DNA from: Macrostomum lignano
Lineage: Eukaryota
NCBI GenBank assembly: GCA_002269645.1
Contig: NIVC01000631.1
Span: 1-64,000, forward strand
DNA length: 64,000 nucleotides
Direction: 5' to 3'
A program made the translations under genes and the position numbers. Positions 35,587-48,189 of the stretch are shown here, piece after piece. The notes under the pieces are model-generated. The model ran no database searches. It had not been told where the DNA came from and saw only the letters and a list, made by a program, of their open reading frames with translations. The first letter of the stretch is position 1. Every line of letters begins with the position of its first letter.

Positions 35587-38500
35587 TAGATAGCGAGAAA
35601 GAGCGAGCGAAGCGAGCTCTTTCGAGCTTGCTTGCCGCAGCCAATCAAGCTGAAAGCACGCACACAAGATCACCGGAAACGATTAAGGCAGCTGGAAAGC
35701 CAATGGGCGCGGTAAGCGCTTTTATCCAGAGGAACTACCTGCTGGAACCAGCCTGCCGTTCGAAAATCAGACTACTCAAGTAGTGCAAAAGAGTGCGAGC
35801 AACTACCGAGAAATCTAATTTTCGTAACCGCTCCGGTGCAGGTCCTGGCAATAGATGGTAGATAGCGAGAAAGAGCGAGCGAAGCGAGCTCTTTCGAGCT
35901 TGCTTGCCGCAGCCAATCAAGCTGAAAGCACGCACACAAGATCACCGGAAACGATTAAGGCAGCTGGAAAGCCAATGGGCGCGGTAAGCGCTTTTATCCA
36001 GAGGAACTACCTGCTGGAACCAGCCTGCCGTTCGAAAATCAGACTACTCAAGTAGTGCAAAAGAGTGCGAGCAACTACCGAGAAATCTAATTTTCGTAAC
36101 CGCTCCGGTGCAGGTCCTGGCAATAGATGGTAGATAGCGAGAAAGAGCGAGCGAAGCGAGCTCTTTCGAGCTTGCTTGCCGCAGCCAATCAAGCTGAAAG
36201 CACGCACACAAGATCACCGGAAACGATTAAGGCAGCTGGAAAGCCAATGGGCGCGGTAAGCGCTTTTATCCAGAGGAACTACCTGCTGGAACCAGCCTGC
36301 CGTTCGAAAATCAGACTACTCAAGTAGTGCAAAAGAGTGCGAGCAACTACCGAGAAATCTAATTTTCGTAACCGCTCCGGTGCAGGTCCTGGCAATAGAT
36401 GGTAGATAGCGAGAAAGAGCGAGCGAAGCGAGCTCTTTCGAGCTTGCTTGCCGCAGCCAATCAAGCTGAAAGCACGCACACAAGATCACCGGAAACGATT
36501 AAGGCAGCTGGAAAGCCAATGGGCGCGGTAAGCGCTTTTATCCAGAGGAACTACCTGCTGGAACCAGCCTGCCGTTCGAAAATCAGACTACTCAAGTAGT
36601 GCAAAAGAGTGCGAGCAACTACCGAGAAATCTAATTTTCGTAACCGCTCCGGTGCAGGTCCTGGCAATAGATGGTAGATAGCGAGAAAGAGCGAGCGAAG
36701 CGAGCTCTTTCGAGCTTGCTTGCCGCAGCCAATCAAGCTGAAAGCACGCACACAAGATCACCGGAAACGATTAAGGCAGCTGGAAAGCCAATGGGCGCGG
36801 TAAGCGCTTTTATCCAGAGGAACTACCTGCTGGAACCAGCCTGCCGTTCGAAAATCAGACTACTCAAGTAGTGCAAAAGAGTGCGAGCAACTACCGAGAA
36901 ATCTAATTTTCGTAACCGCTCCGGTGCAGGTCCTGGCAATAGATGGTAGATAGCGAGAAAGAGCGAGCGAAGCGAGCTCTTTCGAGCTTGCTTGCCGCAG
37001 CCAATCAAGCTGAAAGCACGCACACAAGATCACCGGAAACGATTAAGGCAGCTGGAAAGCCAATGGGCGCGGTAAGCGCTTTTATCCAGAGGAACTACCT
37101 GCTGGAACCAGCCTGCCGTTCGAAAATCAGACTACTCAAGTAGTGCAAAAGAGTGCGAGCAACTACCGAGAAGTCTAATTTTCGTAACCGCTCCGGTGCA
37201 GGTCCTGGCAATAGATGGTAGATAGCGAGAAATAGCGAGCGAAGCGAGCTCTTTCGAGCTTGCTTGCCGCAGCCAATCAAGCTGAAAGCACGCACACAAG
37301 ATCACCGGAAACGATTAAGGCAGCTGGAAAGCCAATGGGCGCGGTAAGCGCTTTTATCCAGAGGAACTACCTGCTGGAACCAGCCTGCCGTTCGAAAATC
37401 AGACTACTCAAGTAGTGCAAAAGAGTGCGAGCAACTACCGAGAAATCTAATTTTCGTAACCGCTCCGGTGCAGGTCCTGGCAATAGATGGTAGATAGCGA
37501 GAAAGAGCGAGCGAAGCGAGCTCTTTCGAGCTTGCTTGCCGCAGCCAATCAAGCTGAAAGCACGCACACAAGATCACCGGAAACGATTAAGGCAGCTGGA
37601 AAGCCAATGGGCGCGGTAAGCGCTTTTATCCAGAGGAACTACCTGCTGGAACCAGCCTGCCGTTCGAAAATCAGACTACTCAAGTAGTGCAAAAGAGTGC
37701 GAGCAACTACCGAGAAATCTAATTTTCGTAACCGCTCCGGTGCAGGTCCTGGCAATAGATGGTAGATAGCGAGAAAGAGCGAGCGAAGCGAGCTCTTTCG
37801 AGCTTGCTTGCCGCAGCCAATCAAGCTGAAAGCACGCACACAAGATCACCGGAAACGATTAAGGCAGCTGGAAAGCCAATGGGCGCGGTAAGCGCTTTTA
37901 TCCAGAGGAACTACCTGCTGGAACCAGCCTGCCGTTCGAAAATCAGACTACTCAAGTAGTGCAAAAGAGTGCGAGCAACTACCGAGAAATCTAATTTTCG
38001 TAACCGCTCCGGTGCAGGTCCTGGCAATAGATGGTAGATAGCGAGAAAGAGCGAGCGAAGCGAGCTCTTTCGAGCTTGCTTGCCGCAGCCAATCAAGCTG
38101 AAAGCACGCACACAAGATCACCGGAAACGATTAAGGCAGCTGGAAAGCCAATGGGCGCGGTAAGCGCTTTTATCCAGAGGAACTACCTGCTGGAACCAGC
38201 CTGCCGTTCGAAAATCAGACTACTCAAGTAGTGCAAAAGAGTGCGAGCAACTACCGAGAAATCTAATTTTCGTAACCGCTCCGGTGCAGGTCCTGGCAAT
38301 AGATGGTAGATAGCGAGAAAGAGCGAGCGAAGCGAGCTCTTTCGAGCTTGCTTGCCGCAGCCAATCAAGCTGAAAGCACGCACACAAGATCACCGGAAAC
38401 GATTAAGGCAGCTGGAAAGCCAATGGGCGCGGTAAGCGCTTTTATCCAGAGGAACTACCTGCTGGAACCAGCCTGCCGTTCGAAAATCAGACTACTCAAG

Positions 38501-41500
38501 TAGTGCAAAAGAGTGCGAGCAACTACCGAGAAATCTAATTTTCGTAACCGCTCCGGTGCAGGTCCTGGCAATAGATGGTAGATAGCGAGAAAGAGCGAGC
38601 GAAGCGAGCTCTTTCGAGCTTGCTTGCCGCAGCCAATCAAGCTGAAAGCACGCACACAAGATCACCGGAAACGATTAAGGCAGCTGGAAAGCCAATGGGC
38701 GCGGTAAGCGCTTTTATCCAGAGGAACTACCTGCTGGAACCAGCCTGCCGTTCGAAAATCAGACTACTCAAGTAGTGCAAAAGAGTGCGAGCAACTACCG
38801 AGAAATCTAATTTTCGTAACCGCTCCGGTGCAGGTCCTGGCAATAGATGGTAGATAGCGAGAAAGAGCGAGCGAAGCGAGCTCTTTCGAGCTTGCTTGCC
38901 GCAGCCAATCAAGCTGAAAGCACGCACACAAGATCACCGGAAACGATTAAGGCAGCTGGAAAGCCAATGGGCGCGGTAAGCGCTTTTATCCAGAGGAACT
39001 ACCTGCTGGAACCAGCCTGCCGTTCGAAAATCAGACTACTCAAGTAGTGCAAAAGAGTGCGAGCAACTACCGAGAAATCTAATTTTCGTAACCGCTCCGG
39101 TGCAGGTCCTGGCAATAGATGGTAGATAGCGAGAAAGAGCGAGCGAAGCGAGCTCTTTCGAGCTTGCTTGCCGCAGCCAATCAAGCTGAAAGCACGCACA
39201 CAAGATCACCGGAAACGATTAAGGCAGCTGGAAAGCCAATGGGCGCGGTAAGCGCTTTTATCCAGAGGAACTACCTGCTGGAACCAGCCTGCCGTTCGAA
39301 AATCAGACTACTCAAGTAGTGCAAAAGAGTGCGAGCAACTACCGAGAAATCTAATTTTCGTAACCGCTCCGGTGCAGGTCCTGGCAATAGATGGTAGATA
39401 GCGAGAAAGAGCGAGCGAAGCGAGCTCTTTCGAGCTTGCTTGCCGCAGCCAATCAAGCTGAAAGCACGCACACAAGATCACCGGAAACGATTAAGGCAGC
39501 TGGAAAGCCAATGGGCGCGGTAAGCGCTTTTATCCAGAGGAACTACCTGCTGGAACCAGCCTGCCGTTCGAAAATCAGACTACTCAAGTAGTGCAAAAGA
39601 GTGCGAGCAACTACCGAGAAATCTAATTTTCGTAACCGCTCCGGTGCAGGTCCTGGCAATAGATGGTAGATAGCGAGAAAGAGCGAGCGAAGCGAGCTCT
39701 TTCGAGCTTGCTTGCCGCAGCCAATCAAGCTGAAAGCACGCACACAAGATCACCGGAAACGATTAAGGCAGCTGGAAAGCCAATGGGCGCGGTAAGCGCT
39801 TTTATCCAGAGGAACTACCTGCTGGAACCAGCCTGCCGTTCGAAAATCAGACTACTCAAGTAGTGCAAAAGAGTGCGAGCAACTACCGAGAAATCTAATT
39901 TTCGTAACCGCTCCGGTGCAGGTCCTGGCAATAGATGGTAGATAGCGAGAAATAGCGAGCGAAGCGAGCTCTTTCGAGCTTGCTTGCCGCAGCCAATCAA
40001 GCTGAAAGCACGCACACAAGATCACCGGAAACGATTAAGGCAGCTGGAAAGCCAATGGGCGCGGTAAGCGCTTTTATCCAGAGGAACTACCTGCTGGAAC
40101 CAGCCTGCCGTTCGAAAATCAGACTACTCAAGTAGTGCAAAAGAGTGCGAGCAACTACCGAGAAATCTAATTTTCGTAACCGCTCCGGTGCAGGTCCTGG
40201 CAATAGATGGTAGATAGCGAGAAAGAGCGAGCGAAGCGAGCTCTTTCGAGCTTGCTTGCCGCAGCCAATCAAGCTGAAAGCACGCACACAAGATCACCGG
40301 AAACGATTAAGGCAGCTGGAAAGCCAATGGGCGCGGTAAGCGCTTTTATCCAGAGGAACTACCTGCTGGAACCAGCCTGCCGTTCGAAAATCAGACTACT
40401 CAAGTAGTGCAAAAGAGTGCGAGCAACTACCGAGAAATCTAATTTTCGTAACCGCTCCGGTGCAGGTCCTGGCAATAGATGGTAGATAGCGAGAAAGAGC
40501 GAGCGAAGCGAGCTCTTTCGAGCTTGCTTGCCGCAGCCAATCAAGCTGAAAGCACGCACACAAGATCACCGGAAACGATTAAGGCAGCTGGAAAGCCAAT
40601 GGGCGCGGTAAGCGCTTTTATCCAGAGGAACTACCTGCTGGAACCAGCCTGCCGTTCGAAAATCAGACTACTCAAGTAGTGCAAAAGAGTGCGAGCAACT
40701 ACCGAGAAATCTAATTTTCGTAACCGCTCCGGTGCAGGTCCTGGCAATAGATGGTAGATAGCGAGAAAGAGCGAGCGAAGCGAGCTCTTTCGAGCTTGCT
40801 TGCCGCAGCCAATCAAGCTGAAAGCACGCACACAAGATCACCGGAAACGATTAAGGCAGCTGGAAAGCCAATGGGCGCGGTAAGCGCTTTTATCCAGAGG
40901 AACTACCTGCTGGAACCAGCCTGCCGTTCGAAAATCAGACTACTCAAGTAGTGCAAAAGAGTGCGAGCAACTACCGAGAAATCTAATTTTCGTAACCGCT
41001 CCGGTGCAGGTCCTGGCAATAGATGGTAGATAGCGAGAAAGAGCGAGCGAAGCGAGCTCTTTCGAGCTTGCTTGCCGCAGCCAATCAAGCTGAAAGCACG
41101 CACACAAGATCACCGGAAACGATTAAGGCAGCTGGAAAGCCAATGGGCGCGGTAAGCGCTTTTATCCAGAGGAACTACCTGCTGGAACCAGCCTGCCGTT
41201 CGAAAATCAGACTACTCAAGTAGTGCAAAAGAGTGCGAGCAACTACCGAGAAATCTAATTTTCGTAACCGCTCCGGTGCAGGTCCTGGCAATAGATGGTA
41301 GATAGCGAGAAAGAGCGAGCGAAGCGAGCTCTTTCGAGCTTGCTTGCCGCAGCCAATCAAGCTGAAAGCACGCACACAAGATCACCGGAAACGATTAAGG
41401 CAGCTGGAAAGCCAATGGGCGCGGTAAGCGCTTTTATCCAGAGGAACTACCTGCTGGAACCAGCCTGCCGTTCGAAAATCAGACTACTCAAGTAGTGCAA

Positions 41501-43871
41501 AAGAGTGCGAGCAACTACCGAGAAATCTAATTTTCGTAACCGCTCCGGTGCAGGTCCTGGCAATAGATGGTAGATAGCGAGAAAGAGCGAGCGAAGCGAG
41601 CTCTTTCGAGCTTGCTTGCCGCAGCCAATCAAGCTGAAAGCACGCACACAAGATCACCGGAAACGATTAAGGCAGCTGGAAAGCCAATGGGCGCGGTAAG
41701 CGCTTTTATCCAGAGGAACTACCTGCTGGAACCAGCCTGCCGTTCGAAAATCAGACTACTCAAGTAGTGCAAAAGAGTGCGAGCAACTACCGAGAAATCT
41801 AATTTTCGTAACCGCTCCGGTGCAGGTCCTGGCAATAGATGGTAGATAGCGAGAAAGAGCGAGCGAAGCGAGCTCTTTCGAGCTTGCTTGCCGCAGCCAA
41901 TCAAGCTGAAAGCACGCACACAAGATCACCGGAAACGATTAAGGCAGCTGGAAAGCCAATGGGCGCGGTAAGCGCTTTTATCCAGAGGAACTACCTGCTG
42001 GAACCAGCCTGCCGTTCGAAAATCAGACTACTCAAGTAGTGCAAAAGAGTGCGAGCAACTACCGAGAAATCTAATTTTCGTAACCGCTCCGGTGCAGGTC
42101 CTGGCAATAGATGGTAGATAGCGAGAAAGAGCGAGCGAAGCGAGCTCTTTCGAGCTTGCTTGCCGCAGCCAATCAAGCTGAAAGCACGCACACAAGATCA
42201 CCGGAAACGATTAAGGCAGCTGGAAAGCCAATGGGCGCGGTAAGCGCTTTTATCCAGAGGAACTACCTGCTGGAACCAGCCTGCCGTTCGAAAATCAGAC
42301 TACTCAAGTAGTGCAAAAGAGTGCGAGCAACTACCGAGAAATCTAATTTTCGTAACCGCTCCGGTGCAGGTCCTGGCAATAGATGGTAGATAGCGAGAAA
42401 GAGCGAGCGAAGCGAGCTCTTTCGAGCTTGCTTGCCGCAGCCAATCAAGCTGAAAGCACGCACACAAGATCACCGGAAACGATTAAGGCAGCTGGAAAGC
42501 CAATGGGCGCGGTAAGCGCTTTTATCCAGAGGAACTACCTGCTGGAACCAGCCTGCCGTTCGAAAATCAGACTACTCAAGTAGTGCAAAAGAGTGCGAGC
42601 AACTACCGAGAAATCTAATTTTCGTAACCGCTCCGGTGCAGGTCCTGGCAATAGATGGTAGATAGCGAGAAAGAGCGAGCGAAGCGAGCTCTTTCGAGCT
42701 TGCTTGCCGCAGCCAATCAAGCTGAAAGCACGCACACAAGATCACCGGAAACGATTAAGGCAGCTGGAAAGCCAATGGGCGCGGTAAGCGCTTTTATCCA
42801 GAGGAACTACCTGCTGGAACCAGCCTGCCGTTCGAAAATCAGACTACTCAAGTAGTGCAAAAGAGTGCGAGCAACTACCGAGAAATCTAATTTTCGTAAC
42901 CGCTCCGGTGCAGGTCCTGGCAATAGATGGTAGATAGCGAGAAAGAGCGAGCGAAGCGAGCTCTTTCGAGCTTGCTTGCCGCAGCCAATCAAGCTGAAAG
43001 CACGCACACAAGATCACCGGAAACGATTAAGGCAGCTGGAAAGCCAATGGGCGCGGTAAGCGCTTTTATCCAGAGGAACTACCTGCTGGAACCAGCCTGC
43101 CGTTCGAAAATCAGACTACTCAAGTAGTGCAAAAGAGTGCGAGCAACTACCGAGAAATCTAATTTTCGTAACCGCTCCGGTGCAGGTCCTGGCAATAGAT
43201 GGTAGATAGCGAGAAAGAGCGAGCGAAGCGAGCTCTTTCGAGCTTGCTTGCCGCAGCCAATCAAGCTGAAAGCACGCACACAAGATCACCGGAAACGATT
43301 AAGGCAGCTGGAAAGCCAATGGGCGCGGTAAGCGCTTTTATCCAGAGGAACTACCTGCTGGAACCAGCCTGCCGTTCGAAAATCAGACTACTCAAGTAGT
43401 GCAAAAGAGTGCGAGCAACTACCGAGAAATCTAATTTTCGTAACCGCTCCGGTGCAGGTCCTGGCAATAGATGGTAGATAGCGAGAAAGAGCGAGCGAAG
43501 CGAGCTCTTTCGAGCTTGCTTGCCGCAGCCAATCAAGCTGAAAGCACGCACACAAGATCACCGGAAACGATTAAGGCAGCTGGAAAGCCAATGGGCGCGG
43601 TAAGCGCTTTTATCCAGAGGAACTACCTGCTGGAACCAGCCTGCCGTTCGAAAATCAGACTACTCAAGTAGTGCAAAAGAGTGCGAGCAACTACCGAGAA
43701 ATCTAATTTTCGTAACCGCTCCGGTGCAGGTCCTGGCAATAGATGGTAGATAGCGAGAAAGAGCGAGCGAAGCGAGCTCTTTCGAGCTTGCTTGCCGCAG
43801 CCAATCAAGCTGAAAGCACGCACACAAGATCACCGGAAACGATTAAGGCAGCTGGAAAGCCAATGGGCGCG
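35586..43871. repeat. Head-to-tail tandem array, 272-bp unit x ~30.5, near-identical
   Basis: ORF track recurs every 272 bp; the only variants I spotted are A>G at 37173 and G>T at 37233 and 39953. Confidence 0.98.
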
Positions 43872-44418
<547 letters not shown>

Positions 44419-45038
44419 AATCGATATACTAAAATTAAATTTTAAATCTTTAGTACCATAAGCCAAAACTGGTTAATCAATACGACACTGTAAAAGTCAT
44501 AAGCATTTATTGCACAGGTAATTCTAAAAAAATGGTTCAATTAATTTAAACCGAAAGTTAAGCTCGCCAGGATTGTTCTGCTTTGAATAATTTGGACGCA
44601 AGAAAAAATATTTGCCAGTTTGCCAGTAATGTATTTCACAAATCCAATACGATTCAAGTCTGCACAAATACAACTACAACTACTAGAGATAAATATTGGT
44701 AAGTAGTGTGGCATGCAAATTCTCTACATATTTATGATAAGAAAAACGGATTTACACAGCGGATTACACAGAGCAGATGTAGAAGTTAATTTACTCCTAG
44801 TCCTTAAGAATCACTGTTTTTTTGTTGGATCTGTCGAAGAAAAAAAATTAGGGGTCATTTCAAGTCGACTCTAATTAGAAATGATCACAACAGTGAAAAC
44901 AAAAGCAAAATAACCTACTCATTGAAAATTCACCTACTCATTTTAGTAGCCAAATAAGCATTTTTCTGTATTTTTTAATTAAAAAAGACCAGAAAGCGAC
45001 ACTGGCCACAAATTTCCTGCTCATTACTTTGGAAACGT

Positions 45039-45455
45039 CTAATCGCCCCGTTTCTGCCGGACCACAGCAGCCAGATAATACTCGCCAGCTTTGTAAGACG
45101 ATCGAACCAGGGGACCGGAGGCCACGTACAGAAATCCCATAGCTTTGCCGCGCTCTTCCCAGCTTTTGAATGCCTCGGGTGTGACGTAATCTCGCACCTT
45201 CAGGTGCCGCTTGGTTGGCTGAACGTACTGGCCCAGGGTGAGCGCCTCAACGCCCACGCTGCGCAGGTCCTCCATCGCCTTGAGAATCTCATCGTCCGTC
45301 TCTCCGAGCCCGAGCATCAGGCTGCTCTTGGTCACCACGTCCGGTCGGCAACGTTTCGCGTGGCTCAGCGCGTCCAACGATTGGCGATAAGTGGCTTTGG
45401 GATCGCGGACAAGGCGCTGCAGCGATTCAACTGTCTCCAGGTTGTGGGCCAGCAC
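45039..45455 (-). CDS. LIAS: Lipoyl synthase exon 2
   Basis: VLAHNLETV...[12 protein letters not shown]...LTLGQYVQP...[14 protein letters not shown]; tcccag| acceptor, phase 0. Confidence 0.97.
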   Translation of the reverse strand: MLAHNLETVESLQRLVRDPKATYRQSLDALSHAKRCRPDVVTKSSLMLGLGETDDEILKAMEDLRSVGVEALTLGQYVQPTKRHLKVRDYVTPEAFKSWEERGKAMGFLYVASGPLVRSSYKAGEYYLAAVVRQKRGD

Positions 45456-45761
45456 CTGGGAGTGTGTTGAGTGAATATCAGAGCAATAGTATACCCTACC
45501 ATATGCAACCGTTTGCTTTTCAAGAGCGGGTGATGCAAGCAGCCTATTCTGCTGTGTACTAACCGCGCCAAACGCTGCTTAACTTCTTACTGAAACAAAC
45601 CAGTAGCCTGACCAGTAACCAGAAATAACGTTAAATCTTCCACACTATAACTGTAACTAAATTTGAATCGGTGGGACTACTTTTACTACTTATAGTAGCC
45701 TATGACAGATAGTGAGAAAAAATTGCAAGACGGCTTGTGGGCACCCTGGCGCAATACCTTT

Positions 45762-45955
45762 CTGCGACATCGCCCAGCAACCAGCGCATAGACGGCAATT
45801 CTGCAAATTCCGCTGACTACTGAGCACATACAAGCGTACCAATACTGTACTCAGGCACGCACTCACACAGGGTGTACACCGGCTCTGACTTTGAAATCGT
45901 CAGGCAAGTACATTTTCTGTGCCTTTGGGGGTTGGCCCTTGTGAATCGCACGACA
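45762..45955 (+). mobile_element. Dispersed ~200-bp repeat family, copy 5 (in LIAS intron)
   Basis: gcgacatcg...ctgagcacatacaagcg...cagggtgtacaccggctct...gggggttggccct. Confidence 0.7.
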
Positions 45956-46343
45956 ACCTCCAAGTGAATTTTCGTACTCTATCTTAACTTTGCCTACTAT
46001 TATGTAATACGCGAGGTGATGAAGAACACAGCTAATAGGAGGCGAAGTAGCCTAGCAAATAAGCGGCAAACTCGTCCGAATCTCGTGCCAGGAGCCTTGG
46101 ATCGACATGGGGCCACCCTTTGCCCCAGTGAGCAGTGTCTTCCGACCAGCGTCCATCACCTGGCCGAGTCGCAAAAATGCCCACCAAAAACAGACTGAGT
46201 ACTAATTAGATGACGAGGCATTTAGCCTTAATAAAACATTAAATTATAGTTACTCCTGCCGTTTACCCAAAATTGCGTTAATTTTGAGGGTATTTTTTAC
46301 AGATAAGTCGCACGGCCCAGTGCAAATCAGGGGGTTGCGCATG

Positions 46344-47313
46344 TACTTCGGGTGTGTCAAAAGTTATGTCACTGATGTGAAAACAGACGAACTTGCAATC
46401 GCAGATGAACAAAACTGTACCACTCAACAATATAGAGTCCCCCAATATCAATCACTCTCTGGCAGTGCTCATACAGCTTGTCCACCTCAGCCTGCAGGTG
46501 TTTTTAATCCAACAGCCATAACCAGTGCAACGCGGCCTGTTTGACCTCTTCATGATTTGCGAAACTCTTCTTGGAAAAGTCAGCCTTTAGCCATTTGAAC
46601 AGAAATCTGTCGCACAAGTTGAGGTCCGGGCTGTAGGGACTCTGTCAGAGCAGATTCACTCGCCGTGCAGGTAGAAAATCCGAAACAGGCTTACAGGTGT
46701 GCGGCCGTGTGGTGTCCACCTGCCACAGAACCTCGTCCAGGAGACATGGATTTGACCGGAGAGTGCGCCAGAGGTCCCCAGTGTGCCGGGCAAAAGCGGA
46801 TAAAAACTACTGACAATTGAACTTGACGTTTGACCCTCGATGAGACATCTTTGTTTGGCGTAAAGGCCACCAGCAGCATGGTCTTCTTGTCCGAGACGGA
46901 CCTCGTGGTCACGGTCGGCAGCAGACCCCAGCTCCTAGCCAGCAGCGATTGTCTGCCTCGCTGCCCTTGCCATCCAGGTGGAGCCAGCTTTCATCCTCAG
47001 CAACCAGGCAGTTTAGGATGTCATTCAAGCCCCGGCTGCTGAACACCTTGCGGATCTGCTTGGTGCAGGCGTCTTGTCGAGATTCATGGTGATTTTTGTT
47101 TGCTGCATAGACGAGTTTTCATCGCGTTGCACTTGCTAAATCTGCTTGGCGTATTCTTGCGATAGCTTGGGCCATAAACAACCTATGCACGTCTCAAATG
47201 CACTGGTATTGCTTCACTAAGTATACTTTGCAGCTACACTACCCACAAGTCCATGTGCCTACATTTTTTAGACAGAGGCCTGCAGTGACATTGCTTATGA
47301 CACACCCGAAGTA
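46344..47313 (-). mobile_element. Degenerate Tc1/mariner element with ~28-bp TIRs and TA target duplication
   Basis: TA-cttcgggtgtgtcaaaagttatgtcact (46344-46373) versus agtgacattgcttatgacacacccgaag-TA (47284-47313); broken transposase motifs LVAEDESWLH, KKTMLLVAF, PYSPDLNLCD, CQRVIDIGGLYI. Confidence 0.88.
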
Positions 47314-47477
47314 TGAATCCATCAAATCTCCGCCCTCCGCTCTTCCCAATCCCTCCTCAACCAGCCCAACTCTGCAAGGTGCGTCACTCAAAAGTCAATA
47401 CGTATACGTATACTCAGGTGCCAGCGTTATTAATGGGAATTAATAATAATCTATTAATAAATTAATGAATGATTCAC

Positions 47478-48125
47478 CTGCGGTCCGCTTAAAACCACCG
47501 TCTCCATGCAGTCTGGCCGGCCGCGGAAATCCGGCACCAGGCATTCGACTAGCATGTCTGGCCTTAGGCGCAGAATCTCGGACACGGTGGCGCCAATGTG
47601 TCCGGCGCCGCCGTCAGCTAAGTCGTCCCGATCAACGGAGGTCAGCACAACGTAGTGACCGGACCAGCCGGCCACAGCCTTGGCGGTGTTGGCAGGCTCC
47701 ATCGGATCCAGCGGCGGCGGCTTTAGGCTGGTCTTGACCGAGCAGAACCGACAGGCCCTGGTGCAAGTGTCGCCCATCAGCATGATGGTGGCCGTGGCCG
47801 CCTCGCCGCTCCAGCATTCGCCAATATTCGGACAGCGGGCCTCCTCGCACACTGTATGCAGCTTCAACTGACGGAGGCTGCGCTGCATCTTGGCGAACTG
47901 TCCGCCAGCCGGGATCTCCCGCTTAAGCCAGTCTGGCAGTCGTAGCCGCGCCGGAGGCCGCTGCGCATTGGGCAGGAAATCCTCCAGGCCCGGCCCGCCG
48001 GCCACGCGGTTCTTCTGCGCATGGCTGAGGCTGCACAGACTGGCGCGGCGGCTGCGCAGGATGATTGTTGCTGGGCAGCGGATCGCGTCCACTGCTAGAA
48101 TGCGTTGCTGATTGACTAGAGCCAT
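47478..48125 (-). CDS. LIAS: Lipoyl synthase exon 1 with mitochondrial transit-like N-terminus
   Basis: ATG at 48125; [12 protein letters not shown] (CX4CX5C) and CTRACRFC (radical SAM CX3CX2C); CAG|gtgaat donor. Confidence 0.97.
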
Positions 48126-48189
48126 AAGGGATAGAGTACACAATTGAAATGCTTACACAGTCAGGAGTCAGCTGTTTTCCCATATCTGT

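Noticed and set aside
35735-43823. Recurring 66-aa ORFs on both strands of the 272-bp array
   Set aside because: They start at TTG/ATG by chance, have no recognisable domain, and simply repeat with the unit; two units lose the plus-strand ORF through a point change.
35586-43871. Array as CRISPR, SL RNA, 5S, snRNA, SRP or hammerhead-retrozyme cluster
   Set aside because: There are no unique spacers. I find no CUGANGA/GAAA core on either strand and no 5S, U1, U2 or U6 signature. The donor is not preceded directly by AUG as in flatworm leaders, and the Sm-like AATTTTCG is imperfect.
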